Below are positions 47,156 to 60,639 of a stretch of DNA of 64,000 bases, piece after piece. The position numbers and the translations under genes are program-made. Each line of letters opens with the position of its first letter. The stretch's first letter is position 1. The notes beneath the pieces are model-generated. The model was not told the origin of the DNA, did no database searches, and saw only the letters and a list, made by a program, of their open reading frames with translations. This DNA is from Lama guanicoe (taxonomy: Eukaryota), in NCBI GenBank assembly GCA_013239625.1, contig MU054338.1, forward strand, positions 62,001-126,000. Reading direction: 5' to 3'.

Positions 47156-48049
47156 CGCTGCCCATTGCTGTCCTGCGTGGTTGTGTCCCTCTGAGACACA
47201 GTGAGCAGCACAGATGGCCGAGCAGGGCTGAGCCCATGCACCAGGCACCTCCCCCAGCCGGACACCTGCCCAGGAAGGGCCCCACTGGTATCCTGGTCTG
47301 CAGACAGGCAGAGTCCATGCAGAGGTGGGGGGGGTGCATGAACGTGCTGGCAGCTCCCCTCCGCACCCACACTGCTTCCTCCCCAGGGCTGGTCCAAGCT
47401 CTCCTCCCCGGGGCCCTGGCTCCAGCTCCCCCCACCACCCCGATCTCGTGCACCCCCTACAGCCCACAGCCAGAGGTTAACGCTCACACCAGACCACAGT
47501 CTTCCTGCTCCAGACTTACCAGGATCGCAGCGTTCTCTGGAAGAATCCCAGTTCCTCACCATGACCCTTGCTAACCTGTCCAGCTCCACCTCCCCAGAGG
47601 GTGACCTCTGCTCAGATGTCCTCTCCGCACCTCCTCACTCAGCACCAGTGTCACCAGCTCAAGAAGCCCTCCAGGACACCCAGGCTGGGTCCCAGTACCT
47701 CATGCTTACTGCCCTGGCCTGGCCTCACAATCCCACTTGGAATTTGAGGTTAGTCCCTCATTTCTGCAGTTTTATTGTGGTCATTTGTTTCCACCAGAGA
47801 TTCCAAGCCTCCTTGGCACCGCAGACATTGGGGCCAAGTCCTGGGCACTGTGGGGTGTGCCATAGCCCCCCGGCCCCTGTCCACTCGATGCCAGGAGCCC
47901 CCCCCCCAGTGTGACACCTGTGGGCCCTGGCCCAGGGTGGGGCCCGGCACGTGTCCAGGTGAACAGTTCACACCAACACCTGCGTATGAGTCCACAGACC
48001 TGGCCCGTGAGGGCTGGCGGAGGCTGAGGCTGGGGCAGGCGGCACTCAC

Positions 48050-48169
48050 CTGGCGCGTGGCCGGCACCGAGAGGTTGAGGCCATCGATGGAGATGCTCAC
48101 TGCAATGCTCATTCCTGCGAAGCGCAGGTTGCTCTTACCCAGGATGGAGGCCAGCGCCTTGTTGGGGGC
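48050..48169 (-). CDS. SHC2: SHC2 exon 4 (PTB)
   Basis: APNKALASILGKSNLRFAGMSIAVSISIDGLNLSVPATRQ; CAG and GTGAGT boundaries. Confidence 0.96.
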
Positions 48170-48262
48170 CTGAGAATGGGGGCAGAGGGCACGAGGGAGC
48201 TGCAGGGGGCAGCCTGGGCACCAGGGAGGCTAACACCTGGGGATCTTGAGCCCCTCGCCCAC

Positions 48263-48323
48263 CTTCTTCTTCCAGGAACCCCTGACGCCAGGCACAGCCT
48301 CATGGAGCCGGGTGATGGCTTCC
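48263..48323 (-). CDS. SHC2: SHC2 exon 3 (PTB)
   Basis: EAITRLHEAVPGVRGSWKKK; CAG and GTGGGC boundaries. Confidence 0.95.
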
Positions 48324-48789
48324 CTGTGGGCGGAGGCAGGAAGGAGGCTTAGAGAGCTTGCAGGGGAGGGACAGGAGTTCAGACAAGGGTGGGGGTCAGA
48401 GGGAGATGGGCTGAGGAAGGGGTGCAGTGGATCCCGGGATGGGGAGGGGCCGAGAGGACGCTGGGTACCTGGAGGCATGGAATGGGGGCTCCCGGGGCTC
48501 CCCGCCCCCTGCCCCACATGCACCTGGCCAGTGCCCCTGCCCTCAGCTCTGACCAGCGGATCCCCAAGCCACAGCCTGACCTGAAGTCACAGGGGTCAGA
48601 TTCAGCTAACACAGCCCTCGACCCTGAACCCCAAGCTCTGCATGGCCACAGGCTGGTCAAGATTCCCATTCGTGGCATGAGAGGATGACCTCTGCTTTGG
48701 GCCCCCAAGACAATGGCCAGGGAACTGACCCCCCGACAGCAGGGGCGAGACCTCTGCAAAACCACTAATCTCCGAGAAGGGACAGGGAC

Positions 48790-49450
48790 TTGAAGGTCAG
48801 ATGCACATACAACAAGCTCTCAGCAATGCTGGTGTCTCGAGGAGAAACTAAGCCTTCACACTCTGCAGAGGGGAAGGTAAACGGTGCAGTAGCTCCTCAA
48901 AAAGTAATGCACGGGACCGGCACTCGGCCCAGCAGCCCACTCCCAGTGCACACCCTGGAGACCAGAAAACACGCTCCACCCAGAGCCTGCACACGCTCAC
49001 CCACAGCAGCATGACTCGCCAAAGAGTAGACACCACCCAAATGCCCATCAAGTGAGGACGGATAAACAATGTGTCCCTCCACACACCGAATGTCACTCAG
49101 CCGTGACCAAGAGAGCAGCACTGACCCTCGCTGCCACATGGACAGACCCTGAGAACACGACGCTCAGTGAGAGAAGCAGACACAGAAGGACACACAGTGT
49201 GAGTCCATGGATGCGAGACGTCCGGAACAGGCCAGTCCCCAGACACAGGGAGGGGCTCCTGGCTGTCAGGGGCTGGGGAAGGGGTAGGGGTTATGCTAAT
49301 GGGGACGGGGCTTCCTTTAGGGGAGGTCAGACTGTTCTGGAATTAGGTAGAAGTGATGTTTGCACAGCTCTGCAAAGATAGCAAAAACATCAAATTGTAC
49401 GCTTTGAATGGTGAATTGTTTGATATGTGAATTTTGTCTCAGTAGAGATT
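48790..49450 (+). mobile_element. Old L1M 3' end fragment
   Basis: ...cccaaatgcccatca...ggataaacaatgtg...acatggacagaccctgagaaca.gacgctcagtgagagaagc, followed by L1MB-like 3' UTR. Confidence 0.8.
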
Positions 49451-50000
49451 TTTTTCTGTCTATGGCGAAGGGACTAAGTATTTCCGACGTGCAAGAACAT
49501 GTGGGTCCCTTCTGCCCAAGCCTGGCTGGACCACAGACTCTTGACTCGGGTCCAGGCAGCTCAGAGCATCAGGAGATCGACGTGCCTTCTCTGCAGCAGA
49601 CGGGCTCCCAGCCCCTCCCAGCCCTGACCTGAGTCACCACCTGAGTCGGCCAGACCCTGCCAGTCCCACGACGTGCTGGGGCGTCTTCAGCACCCCTCGT
49701 GGGACCCACAAGCTCTGGGAGGGATGGGCTGTCATCTCCATGTTACAGAGAGAATACGGGGTCTGGAGAGCATGGGTGACCAGCGGGCGGTGACAGAGCT
49801 GGGACTCAGCCATGCTGGCCCTGCCCAAGACCATTCTAACCCTGCGCAGCTCTGCTCCCTGATTCGGGGAGGGAGCTGCCGCTAAGGCTGCCACCTTCGA
49901 CTCCAGCACAGGCTGCTACCCAGCAAAGCCATACAGCAGTTCTCTCAGCAGGCAGAGTGGAGATGCCCGGCCCCCCAACAGCCCGGTCTCGGAGGCTCAC

Positions 50001-50071
50001 CTGGTGACCTGGGTGCGAGTGCTGAAGTCCAGGGAGCGCATGGAGCGGAGGACTTCGATGCAGCCCATGTA
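50001..50071 (-). CDS. SHC2: SHC2 exon 2 (PTB)
   Basis: [23 protein letters not shown](R); CAG and GTGAG boundaries. Confidence 0.96.
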
Positions 50072-51406
50072 CTGAGGGAAGAGAGGACAGGGTCAGCCCA
50101 GCAGCATCCTCCTGGGGACTGACTGTTGAACCCATGTCCTCCCTCTGGCGACATCTTCACCCTCCTCTCCAGCCATAAACAGCTTGAGCCCTTGTCTCTG
50201 TGCTCACAACCCCACCCTTGTGGCCCCAGGGCCTTACTACCTGCCATCTGCGTGCTGTTCCCTTCCCCGACCTATCTGTAGACCGGTTCCCTCCCCATCT
50301 CCAGGCTCAGGGTCATCTCCCCTGGAGCCGCCCACCCTGACCCTAAATAAGCTGCTCCACGGAGGCCAGTGGACTCCGCCAGGCTCAGTCCAGCCTGTCT
50401 GTTCATCCTCTTTCTGCTCCACTAGAACCTAAGCCCAGGAGAAGCAGATGGCGGTGGTCCTGCTCACTTCTGCATCCCCAGAGCCTGGTACAGGGCCTAC
50501 AGGTGGATGGAGGCAGGCCGTCCGGCCCATGAAGCCCAAAGCATTGACTGTCTGACCCTTTACAGGACAAGTGTGCCGACTCCTGCCCAGACCACCACTC
50601 CACGCACGGTAATTCAGAGACTCCGAGAGAGGATGCGGGGCCGTGGGTGGGGGCAGGAGCAGCCAGTAGAGCACCGGGGCTCACGTGCTGCCAGGGCGAG
50701 ACGAGGACTGGACAGTGGTCAGCAGTGCCCTCCCTCGGGGCACTCAGCTGCAGCAGGGGGCCGCCTGGTGCAGCCTGCGCGGAGGGCCCTGTGGCTGTGT
50801 CTGTCACGGGGGCCAGTGGATGAGAACCACCCAGAAAAGGCACACCCACAGAGACAGAGATTAGGTTCACGGTTGTCACAGGCTGGGGAGGGGGCTTCCT
50901 ATTGGGGTGACGGAAGGTTCTGGAACCAGAGAGAGGTGATCGCTGCACAACCTCACGTAAGAACTAAATCCCACTAAGCTGTACACTCTGAAACGGTTAG
51001 TGGTTAATTTAGTTATGTGAATTTTACCTCAGTTTTTCAAAACCAATAAACGCACAAACGCTTTGACCCTGAAACTCCACTTTTAGGACTTTGTCCCAGA
51101 TACACCAGCCAGTGGGCTATCGAGGTGTGTATGAGCTGCTGTGTGCAGGGCCCACACCCCATCCTTCCCTGCAGGGCTCCACGCCCCTGGCCCCGGGGCA
51201 CCTGCCACCCGCTCTGGTTCCCTATGCCCTCCCTCAGCCTGCCCCTCCCTTCCTGCTAGGACCTGCAGCACAGAAGGAATTAGCAAGAAATTGACAGCCC
51301 AAAACTCAACACATCTAGGGTTGCAAGGTCCAACACAGGCTGCCAGTTAGGTTGGGATTTCCAATCAATGATGAATATTTTCTAAGTAAAATAAAGCAGG
51401 AGATGG

Positions 51407-51505
51407 TGCGGGGAGGTACAGCTCAGTCACAGAGCACGTGCTTAGCACGCACGAGGTCCTGGGTTCCATCCCCAGCACCTCCACTAAAAATACATACAAA
51501 AATAA
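51407..51505 (+). mobile_element. tRNA-Ala-derived SINE head (tail apparently displaced to ~52040-52078)
   Basis: GGGAGGTACAGCTCAGT...GTGCTTAGCACGCACGAGGTCCTGGGTTCCATCCCCAGCACCTCCA. Confidence 0.82.
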
Positions 51506-51890
51506 ATTTGAAAAGACACATGCACCTCAATGTTCACAGCAGCACTATTTACAATAGCCAAGACATGGAAACAAACCAAATGTCCATCGACAGCTGACTG
51601 GATAAAGAAGCTGTGGTATATTTATATGGAATGGAACACTACTCAGCCACAAAAACAGAATAAAACAATGCCATCTGCAGCAACATGGATGGACCTGGAG
51701 ATTGTCATTCTAAATGAAGTGAGTCAGAAAGAGAAAGAAAAATACCATATGATATCACTTACATGTGGAATCAAAAAAAAAAGGACACAAATGAACCTAT
51801 TTACAAAACAGAAACAGACGCACAGAGAACAAACTTATGGTTACCAGTGGGTAAAGAGGGCGGGAAGGGGTAAATTGGGAATTCAAAAAC
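51506..51890 (+). mobile_element. LINE-1 ORF2 C-terminus/3' UTR fragment
   Basis: MFTAALFTIAKTWKQTKCPSTADWIKKLWYIY...ATWMDLEIVIL.EVSQKEKEKYHMISL. Confidence 0.92.
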
Positions 51891-53044
51891 TGCACCTCTT
51901 AAGGAGTGATGGAAGTGTCAGCTATCTTGATACTGGTGGTAGTTTCATTGGTGTATACATCTTTCAAAATTCATCAAATCAGACATCTGAAATACGTGTA
52001 GTCTACTGTACAGGAACCATACCACCATAAAGGTGTCTAAATATACATAAAACCTAATTACCTCCCCCCGAGAAAAACCTGAAAATCAAATGATGCAGGA
52101 GACATGCTTATACTGAAAATTACTTGTATTCATTGGAGCTTTAAATTTAACTGAGCAGCCTGTATTTTTGCTAAATCTAAACAAATCATGTTACTTGGAA
52201 GAGTCTGCAGCTGTGAAAAGAAACAAATTTAATGTATTTATATGAAGTTATCTCCAAAATATAGCATCAAGTGACAAGAGCAAGATGCTGACTGGAGGGC
52301 ACGGTGTGTGCCTCCTGTGTGGACAAGTGGCCCAGGGAGGAGCACTCGTGTGCACAACATGTGTGTACAGTGTGTGTGCACGTGCACGTGTGGGTGAGTA
52401 GCTTTAGCAGGACACAGAGGCTGCTCCTGGAGAGGGGAACCAGATGCCATCTGCGGCCCCTAAACACGGCCACAAGTCACCCCCTCCCCCTCCAGGCCGT
52501 GGCTTGGCCATGACACATGCAAGGCCCAAAAGGCACTTGTCGCTGGAGCTGGCTCCCTTGCTGCCCTGGGGACCCGGAACCTGCTGGGCCAGCATGCGGG
52601 ATGCTGAGACATGCAGCCCACCCCCACCTCCCCAGCTGACATGGAGCCACTCTCCACGTGATCTAGAAGACCATCCAGCCCCAGTCAACCCACAGAATCA
52701 CAGAAATAATAGGTGTTTGTTCTTTTCATGCCCTAGGTCGTGGGATGGTTTGTTACACAGCAAAAGTTAACCAGACAGTGACTAGGGGAAAAGAGGGAGC
52801 AAGCCAAGCAAAGGTACAGGCAAAGGGAACAGCAAGTACAGGCCAGACCTGGGACCGAGCTCCTTAGAGACAGGCTCAGTCCAGAATGGCTGGAGCAGAG
52901 AGGCAAGGGGTCGCCAGGGAGGAGAGGACGTGGGGCCCTGGTGCTGTGATGAGGGGTTGGGTTTCATTCTGAGCAACTTGGGGGGCCTGCTTGGAGCGTT
53001 TTAAGCAGGGGAGGGGGTGAACTGATCTGTCTCACCTTCACTGG

Positions 53045-53240
53045 AAGGATGATGGATGGATGGATGTTGGATGGATGATGGATGGATGGATGATTGATGG
53101 ATGGGTGGTGGATGGATGGATGATTGATAATGGATGGATGATGGATGGATGGGTGGTGAATGGATGGATGATAGGTGGATGACTGATGGATGATGGATGG
53201 ATAGGGGATGGGTGGACGGATGGACAGATGGATTGGCATG
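53045..53240. repeat. (GATG)n simple repeat
   Basis: GGATGGATGATGGATGG... tract. Confidence 0.95.
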
Positions 53241-54479
53241 GATTATATGCCAGGTATGTGTTAGACGTGCGGAACCTCAAAGAGAATCAGCTGTGGTCCC
53301 TGCCCCCAAAGCAGACTCTCACACTGAGTGGACAGCTTTGGTGGGGTGCTGGCCGCTCAACGAATACCTTCCCTCTAGCCAAGCATGAGTCTAGGGGGGG
53401 TGTCGGTGCTGCCAGGCCACAGGGTGAGGGGTTCTAATCCACCCTAATTAGTGTGCAGCCCACTCCAGTGTGGCTGAAATCCTCCTTGTGCCCCCAGCCC
53501 CACTCTGGAGGAAGTGGAGGCATGACTCAACAGCACAGGACAGGAGATGCAACCGGGGCCCCCATCCTGGAGGGCAGAGCACAGGGACTACAACGGCAGG
53601 GCGGGGAAGCAGGTGGCTGGGGCGAACACCTGGTAGTGATGACGCTAAGCCACTTGTCACAGGACAGGTTCCAAGCACGCTGTGTACACAACCTCTTTTA
53701 ACCCACTCCACCCAAACCCAGTGCTACAGCGACAGCACTACCCTCAGGAAACAAAGCCCAAGGACAGCAAGCAACCTGCTGAAAGTCACAGCTGGTAGGC
53801 AGCACAGGCAGGCTCTGAACCCGCACCCTGGGCTCCGCAAGTGGTGGGGGCCTCAGCAAACTGCGCCCTCAGGGGCCAGCGGGACCCCGTGTTGCCAGAA
53901 CACCCAAAATCCAGGGCTGTTCTGGGAAAGCCCCCAATTCGTAAATGATGACAAGAAATTGAATTTTTATTTTTAAATAGAAGGCAGAAAAAAAAAAAGG
54001 CAGAGGTCAAATTCAGCCCCAGGCCTACCCATGAGCATGACCTCTGACCTAGAATCCTGAACTCTCCAGAGGCCAGCCCAGAAGGGTCTGTCCACATCGC
54101 CACCCCCAGAACCTGTGAACAGGACCAGACACTGGAAGGGAGTCTCTGCAGACAGAATCGGGTCAAGGATGTCAAGATGAGGTCACCCTAGATTTCAGAC
54201 AGATGACCTTACAGGAGGAAGGCAGACGGGGTCTGAGACACAGAGGCACAAGCAGACAGTGTGTGGAGCTACAAGCTGAGGGCTGTGGCCCCCAGAGGCT
54301 GGGAGAGAGCCTGGAACAGACCCTCCTTGGATTTTGGACTTCTAGCCTCCAGAACCAGGACAGAATACATTTCTGTAGGGGTTTTTTTTTTCTCCCAGTA
54401 TTTCTCCCTTTCTTTTAAAGTATTTTTTTATGGAGGTACTGAGGATGGAACCCTGGACCTTGTGGTGCTCAATCCTTAG

Positions 54480-54678
54480 GCACCGGAAGGTCTGGGGGCC
54501 ACGTGCTCACGACCATGGAATAGTTAATTTCTTCCATTTGGTGGTGGGTTTTAGCATCTGAAAAACTCAGGAAATCTGCGTGAGACCCTGTTCTCTGGGT
54601 CCTTCAGAGAGGGACTCCACGGAGGATCTCGGGGATGGTCTGTCCGGGTAAGGCCCCACAGGGTCCTGCTCGGTGACA
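54480..54678 (-). mobile_element. Probable ERV1-type LTR 5' fragment
   Basis: Minus strand begins TGTCACCGAGCAGGACCCTGTGGGGCCTT, resembling recalled laurasiatherian LTR starts. Family uncertain. Confidence 0.45.
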
Positions 54679-55824
54679 GTTTTACGATATTGAATTACTT
54701 CTCAATTTTTTAAATGTGTATGAGGGAAAGAGAAAATTGCATATTGCTACCGTAAACCTCAGGTTCGATGCCTAGCAGTGTTTCCTAATAACCAATAAAT
54801 AAACATACAATTATCCAACAGAAAGCGTCCATCCGGCAGGAACTGTCCGTGAACGACTGCCGGGCACCAGGCTACCTGCAGAGTCTCAAGGCCCTCCCCC
54901 AGGGCATGAAGTTCAGGGACAGGCAGAGTTGACTGTTGGGGGCTGTAGGGGGCCAGCAGGGGGGCCTGGGCAGCCTGGGGCTGGTACTTCACCGCACGAT
55001 GCTGTCCCTTGGTATCAGAAGTCTCACCAAAAAACTCCATCCCCACAGACCCATGTTAATTATGAAGGAAACAATGGGGGCCTCTACCAGGGAGAAAGGT
55101 CACCTTAACAGAGTGCATTCATCTCCTGGGGTGGTCGTAACAAAGCACCCACCCTGGGCGGATAACTGTCTCCCAGTTCTGGGGCCAGACGTCCAGAATC
55201 CAGGTGTGGGCAGGGTGGTGCTCCAGCCCAAGGCCCCAGGGGAGGGTCCTTCCAGCTCTTTCAGCTCCCGGGGGTGGCTGGCAGGCCTTGGCTTGCAGAC
55301 ACGTCACTCTGGTCTCAGCCTCTGTTGTCATGGCTTCTCCCTGGGCATCTGTGTCCAAACTCCCCTCTTCCTATAAGGACACCCGTCATATGAGGGCCCA
55401 TCCTGATCTGGGGTGACCTCTTCCTAGATGACTGCACCTGCAAAGGCCCTGCTCCAAATACAGTCACACTCCAAGGTCTGATGGAACAACTGTGGGGACG
55501 CCACTCTCCTCAGGACCCCAAGTGATCAGAGTTCCAGCACCAGTGCCGGGACACAGGGCACCCCTGTCTCTGGACCAGACACCCTGAGGAAAGCAGAGCA
55601 CATCTCCCCGCTCCCCACCAAAAACGCACAACCTGGGCCCTATGTGTGAACACCGGCAGAGGGCCCGCTCACAAGCTGGCTGGAGTGGACTCCTGCAGAC
55701 GCCAGTCCTGTCCCCGGGGACGTCAGGACACTCTGCTGGCCATTCGCACATGCAGAGCCCTTTAGGGTCACCATAACCCCAGCCTAACCCCATTTTACAC
55801 AGAACTGGAGCATTTAGGGCATTT

Positions 55825-56330
55825 TTTGTTTCTTTTTCTACTGTGGCAAAATACACCTAACATTAAATTTACCATCTTAACCATTTTTAAGTGCACAGCT
55901 CCGTGGCATTAAGCACACTCACACTGTTGTGCAACCATCCCCACCACCGTCTCCAGAGCTTTCTCATCTTCCCAAACTGAAACTGTCCCCACAACACACT
56001 GACTCCCCACCCCCTCCCCCAGCCCCAGCCCCACCGTCTACTCTCTGTCTCTATGGATGTGACTCCTCCAGGGACCTCCTGTGAGTGGAATCAGACAGTG
56101 TGTGTCCTTCTGGGTCTGGTTCTCCCCCTGAGCATCACGTCCTCAATGTGGTCCACCCACGCTGGAGCAGGTGCCGGAATCTCCTTCCTTTTTAAGGCTG
56201 AATCATAGCACACCGTGTGGACGGAACCACATTGTGTTTATCCCTTGTGGACACTTGGGTTATTTCCACTTTTCGGCTGTTGTGAATGATGTTGCTGTGA
56301 ACGTGGGTGTGCAAACATCTAAGTTCCTGC
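55825..56330 (-). mobile_element. Old L1M 3' end fragment
   Basis: tgtggcaaaatacac.taacattaaatttaccatcttaaccatttttaagtg.acag...gtggcattaag.acactcacactgttgtgcaaccatc is a typical antisense L1MB 3' end. Confidence 0.82.
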
Positions 56331-58154
56331 TCAATTCCCATAAAAGAAAAACACTTTCTACCCTAGATGTGTACACACACACACACACACACTCACCCTT
56401 GCCCAACGTTTCAATCATACATTCTATTCCTCATTCTCTTTTAGGTGTATACAAAGGAATGGAATTTCTGGACCATATCGTAATTCTACACTCAACTTTT
56501 TGGTGTGGTTTTAATATACACTGGATTTAATGAAACCATCTTGAATATTGAGAGGTGGCTTTATTTTGTGTCATTCTGACTTTACCAGGAGTTGTCCACT
56601 ATTTTGGAAAATCACACTGCCTGTAGCAGCTCTAATGGTGGCACTGAAGTTGCCAGAGTAACACCCTAGATCCATGTGCAGCTGCTGTGTGAACGGCAGC
56701 CTCTGTGTCGCTGCACCTCTAAGAGAGGGAAGCCTGCACAGCTGCGCACTGAAATACCTGCTAAGTTGCTGTGAATCGTTGTCTTTGTGTTTCTCCTTTT
56801 TATTGATGTTTTATTACATCACACTGATTTTAGGGGAAATAAATGTGCATATAGGTGTTACATATGTTTAGTGTTCATTTCAAGGTGGAGGGTTCCAAAA
56901 CACTGGTTATAAATGAGCAGGGGGTTAATCCAACAGGGCTGCAAACAATTGGCTTAAGCTGCCAGTTCTCAGACCTGAGTGGATGTTGGAATCACCTGGG
57001 AGGCTTGTACTACACTGATCACTAGGCCTCCCCCCAGGGTTCCTGACTCAGCAGACCTGAACATGTGCACTTGGGACAAGCTCCCAGATGCCTGGGCACC
57101 ACACTCTGCTCATCCACTGTTCAAGCCAGTTTGGTGGCCCACCTCCCCTGCCATGAATGGAGTTGTACATCTCTGGCCAGTAAGGTGTGGGGAGAATGGA
57201 AGGGAAGGTCTTCTCTTCTTCCAGTGGATGTGGTTGGATCTGCATACGACAGCTGGTGCTGCAGCCGCTATTTTGTGACCATGAGGAAAACTAAGCCAGC
57301 TTGCTGAAGACAGCAGTGCAAAAAGATGGAAAGACCTGGATCTTCAGAAATACATACTATCAAGTCATTGAATTAATCCACCCTGGAGCCATCCTACCCC
57401 TGGCCACACCCCACCCCTCGCCTTCAAGGAATAAGCTGCATCTGCAGCTAAAAACACCTCAGCCCAGTTAACCTCCCACCATTCCCACCCCCTCAATCCC
57501 CTAGCCTTCACACCACCTCAGAGACCTGCCTTCAGGAAAGACAGGGCCCCGAGGGCAGCTCACGGGGTCTCTGTGCCTCAGTCCACATCTCCCTGGGGAG
57601 AGGACACAAATGAGGGAACCTCGACAAATGGAAAGGGCTTGTTTAGTGGAATTTTCATACGGAAGAGCCAGGTGTGGAAGAAAACGGGATGGAGCTGCGG
57701 GCTCAGCCCAGCTCACTTGCTGGGTAACAGCCACGCGTCGCTCGGACGCCTGCCCCTTCCGACCTGGTCTGAAGACCCAGGGGACATGTCCACATAGAGC
57801 TGATGGCCCAACAGGGAGCCACGTGCCCAGGCGGACACTTGAAATTAAAGTGAAGCAAAATTAAAGCTGATTCCTTAGCTGCACCAGCCCCATTCAAGTG
57901 CTCGCAGCCACACGTGTCCACCCACTGGACAGCACACATCTAGAACATTCCACGTCACAGAGCGTCCCCTGGGCAGCACTGGTCTGGGCTGATCCCCAGG
58001 ACAGCTTAAGGAGCATCACAGGACGCAGTGGGGGAACATCCGGGAACAGCGTCCTCATTCACAAAAGATCCCGTGGGAAGAAGGCTCATTCCTCCCAGGA
58101 GAGGGGACAAGGGCACTGACGTGACACAGAAGGCTCAGCAAGGACTCCCGAAGC

Positions 58155-58580
58155 AGCCGTAACCACGTATCACAAACCCAGTGGCTTGAAGCAACAGAAG
58201 TCTATTCCTTCCCACTTCTGGAGGCCGGACGGATGTCTGCCACCCAGGTGTGGGCAGGACGGGTCCTTCTGGAGGCTCCAGGGAGAACCGGCTCCTGCCT
58301 CTTTCAGCTTCTAGAGGCGCCGCATCCCTGGCTCACGGCCCCTCCCTCCATCCTCACCGCCAGCAGCGCAGCATCTCCCAACTCTGACTCTGACCCTCAC
58401 ACCTCCCTCTGATGAGGACCCTGTGATGACATGGAGCCCCTCGGGAATCCAGGGTCACCCCCATCTCAGAAGCTTTAACCCCACCTGCAGAGTCCCCCTC
58501 CGCCCCATGAGGTGACAAGTTCATAGAACCTGGGACCAGGATGGAGACGTCTCTGGGATCGTTCTTCTGCCAACCACCCT
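58155..58580 (-). mobile_element. MLT1 (MaLR) solo LTR, ancient (similar remnants at ~55120-55500 and ~59920-60265)
   Basis: gccgtaac.a.gta.cacaaac..agtggctt.aa.caacagaa...ttctggaggc...cctgcctctt.cagcttct...gaggaccctgtgat.aca is an antisense MLT1 pattern. Confidence 0.7.
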
Positions 58581-60639
58581 GTATTTGACTGTCGGCAGAG
58601 TTTGGGTTCTGTGAGAGGGGCCTCAGCTCTGGGCCTCTCCATGCCTCAGTTTCCCCACCCTACAGAAACATGGACCGTACAGCCCCTCTCGGACCCAGGG
58701 TGGGGCCTTACAGGCCCTGCAGGGAATGTCTGCTCCCGTCCTGACTTCACACTTCTCTGTGAACCAGGAAAGGACTATCTGGCTCTCACAACACCTGGTG
58801 GATATGGGTACAGGGAGGCAGAGGGTCCCAGGGGAAGGGAGCTGGGAACTGAGTCTGGTTCAGGCTCTCTGGGGCCCCACCTCTCAACCAGCGGGAGTCA
58901 GAGCTCCTCACCCATCAGCCAGCAAGTTCCATGGGCTCGGTCTCCAGCAGGGGCACTGTGGCCCCCTCCCCACGTTGCCCTGGCCCAGGGCTTCCCTCCT
59001 CGCTGGCCCAGGGCTTCCCTCCTCACTGACCATACCTAGCTTCCCCCAGGGTCTCACCACCCCACCCCAGCCCCACTTCCACAGGGCTACAGGAAACATC
59101 CTTTCAGCATCGACTCTGCCTGGCTCCCCTGCTCAGAGCCATGCCAAGCCAAGCTTCTCCCCACAGTAAGTTCAGCGTCTGTCCTCTCTCCATCAGCTCC
59201 ACCGCGAGGGTCTCCTGCTGTTCCCCGAACATGCAAGCTCATTCCTGCCAGAGGGCCTCACACTTGCTGTGAACTCTCTCCCCAGGCGTTTCATGTCCGG
59301 GGCCTCCGTGGCTTCAGATCTCAGCTTAAGTGTCATCTCCCGAGAGGCGCCTTCCCCACCAGCCCAGCTAAAGCAGCCACTGGTCTCTTGCTCTGACATC
59401 ACTTGGCTTTGATTTCTGCAGAGCACCTACCAGTATCTGCCATTTCCCTGTTTGTCTCTTACTTATGTACTGTCAGTCTCTCCCTCTAGAAATCTAAGCC
59501 CCCTAAGGGCGGGTATCAGATCTTTCTCATTGCCGACCACACCACCAGTGCCTGGCAGGGATAGCCACACACTAAATCTTTGCTGCACTGATGAAAGCGT
59601 CAAGATCGTTGGAATAATCCAGCAGCCTGCACCCCGACAACGCGAGTGTCTGAACTCTGAGCACACCTAATCCCCACATCCATGGCCAATGAGCAGACAT
59701 GGTTTGCCCCAGAGAGGGTGTGGTGTGAGGCCCAAGGCATCACCCGCGAAACATCTTGCTACAGAATCAGTCTTGAAACCAGTGAAGCTGGGATTCAGCA
59801 AAAGAAGGGACTGAAGGTCAAGTTAGAAGGCACCAGGAGAGGATAGGTCCAGGATGCGGTGCTGTAGGCCTGGACCACACTTGTAGGAGTGAGTGTCTGG
59901 GACTCACGGAAAGTCAGGGCCACCGGGGGGCACCCATAACAAAGCACCACAAACTGGGGTGGGGGGTCGAGGGGAGGCCCTTCCCCCTATTCCAGCCTGT
60001 AGTGGCGGTGAGCGGCCACCCTGGTGCCCCTTGGCTTGTGGCTGCACCCCTCCATTTCTCCCCTATTGTCACGTGGCCCCTCCCTGTGAGTTTGTGTCCA
60101 AACCTCCCTCTACTTACAGTGACACCAGTCACTAGGGCGGCCCTAATTCAGTGTGGCCTCATCTTAACCCGATTACACCTACAAAGACTCTGTTCCCAAA
60201 TAAGGCCACATTCACAGGTTCACAAAGTCGTGAATTTGGGAGGGGACACTACTCAACCGAATACTGGGAGTAGGGGGAAAAAGATGTTGGGGCCGTTTGT
60301 AAAGGAAACAAAAATGTAACAACCAAATGCAAACACATAAACTTCCTGGATCCTGGTCCCTAGAAGCAGGCTGCGGGAATGTGACAATGGCCTGTGGGTC
60401 TGTAGGGGGTCAGCCATCTGGGAGCCCGAGTGGAGATAACGTCTCCGATTGGCCTCCCACGGGCCGCTTATCTCCTGATGGTTCAGCAAAAACGACACAC
60501 GGGGGCAGATACACTATCCGGAACGTACAACATTAACGGGCTGCAAGTACGGGCGATCCACTGGTCCCACTCTTCTGTAGGAAAGGTTCACTTAAACAAA
60601 ACCGGGACAAACGAAGGCCCGTTTCTTTACAGCACATTC

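Noticed and set aside
46495..47574. 359-aa plus-strand ORF
   Set aside because: Translation of CA-rich low-complexity sequence and the octamer array, antisense within an SHC2 intron.
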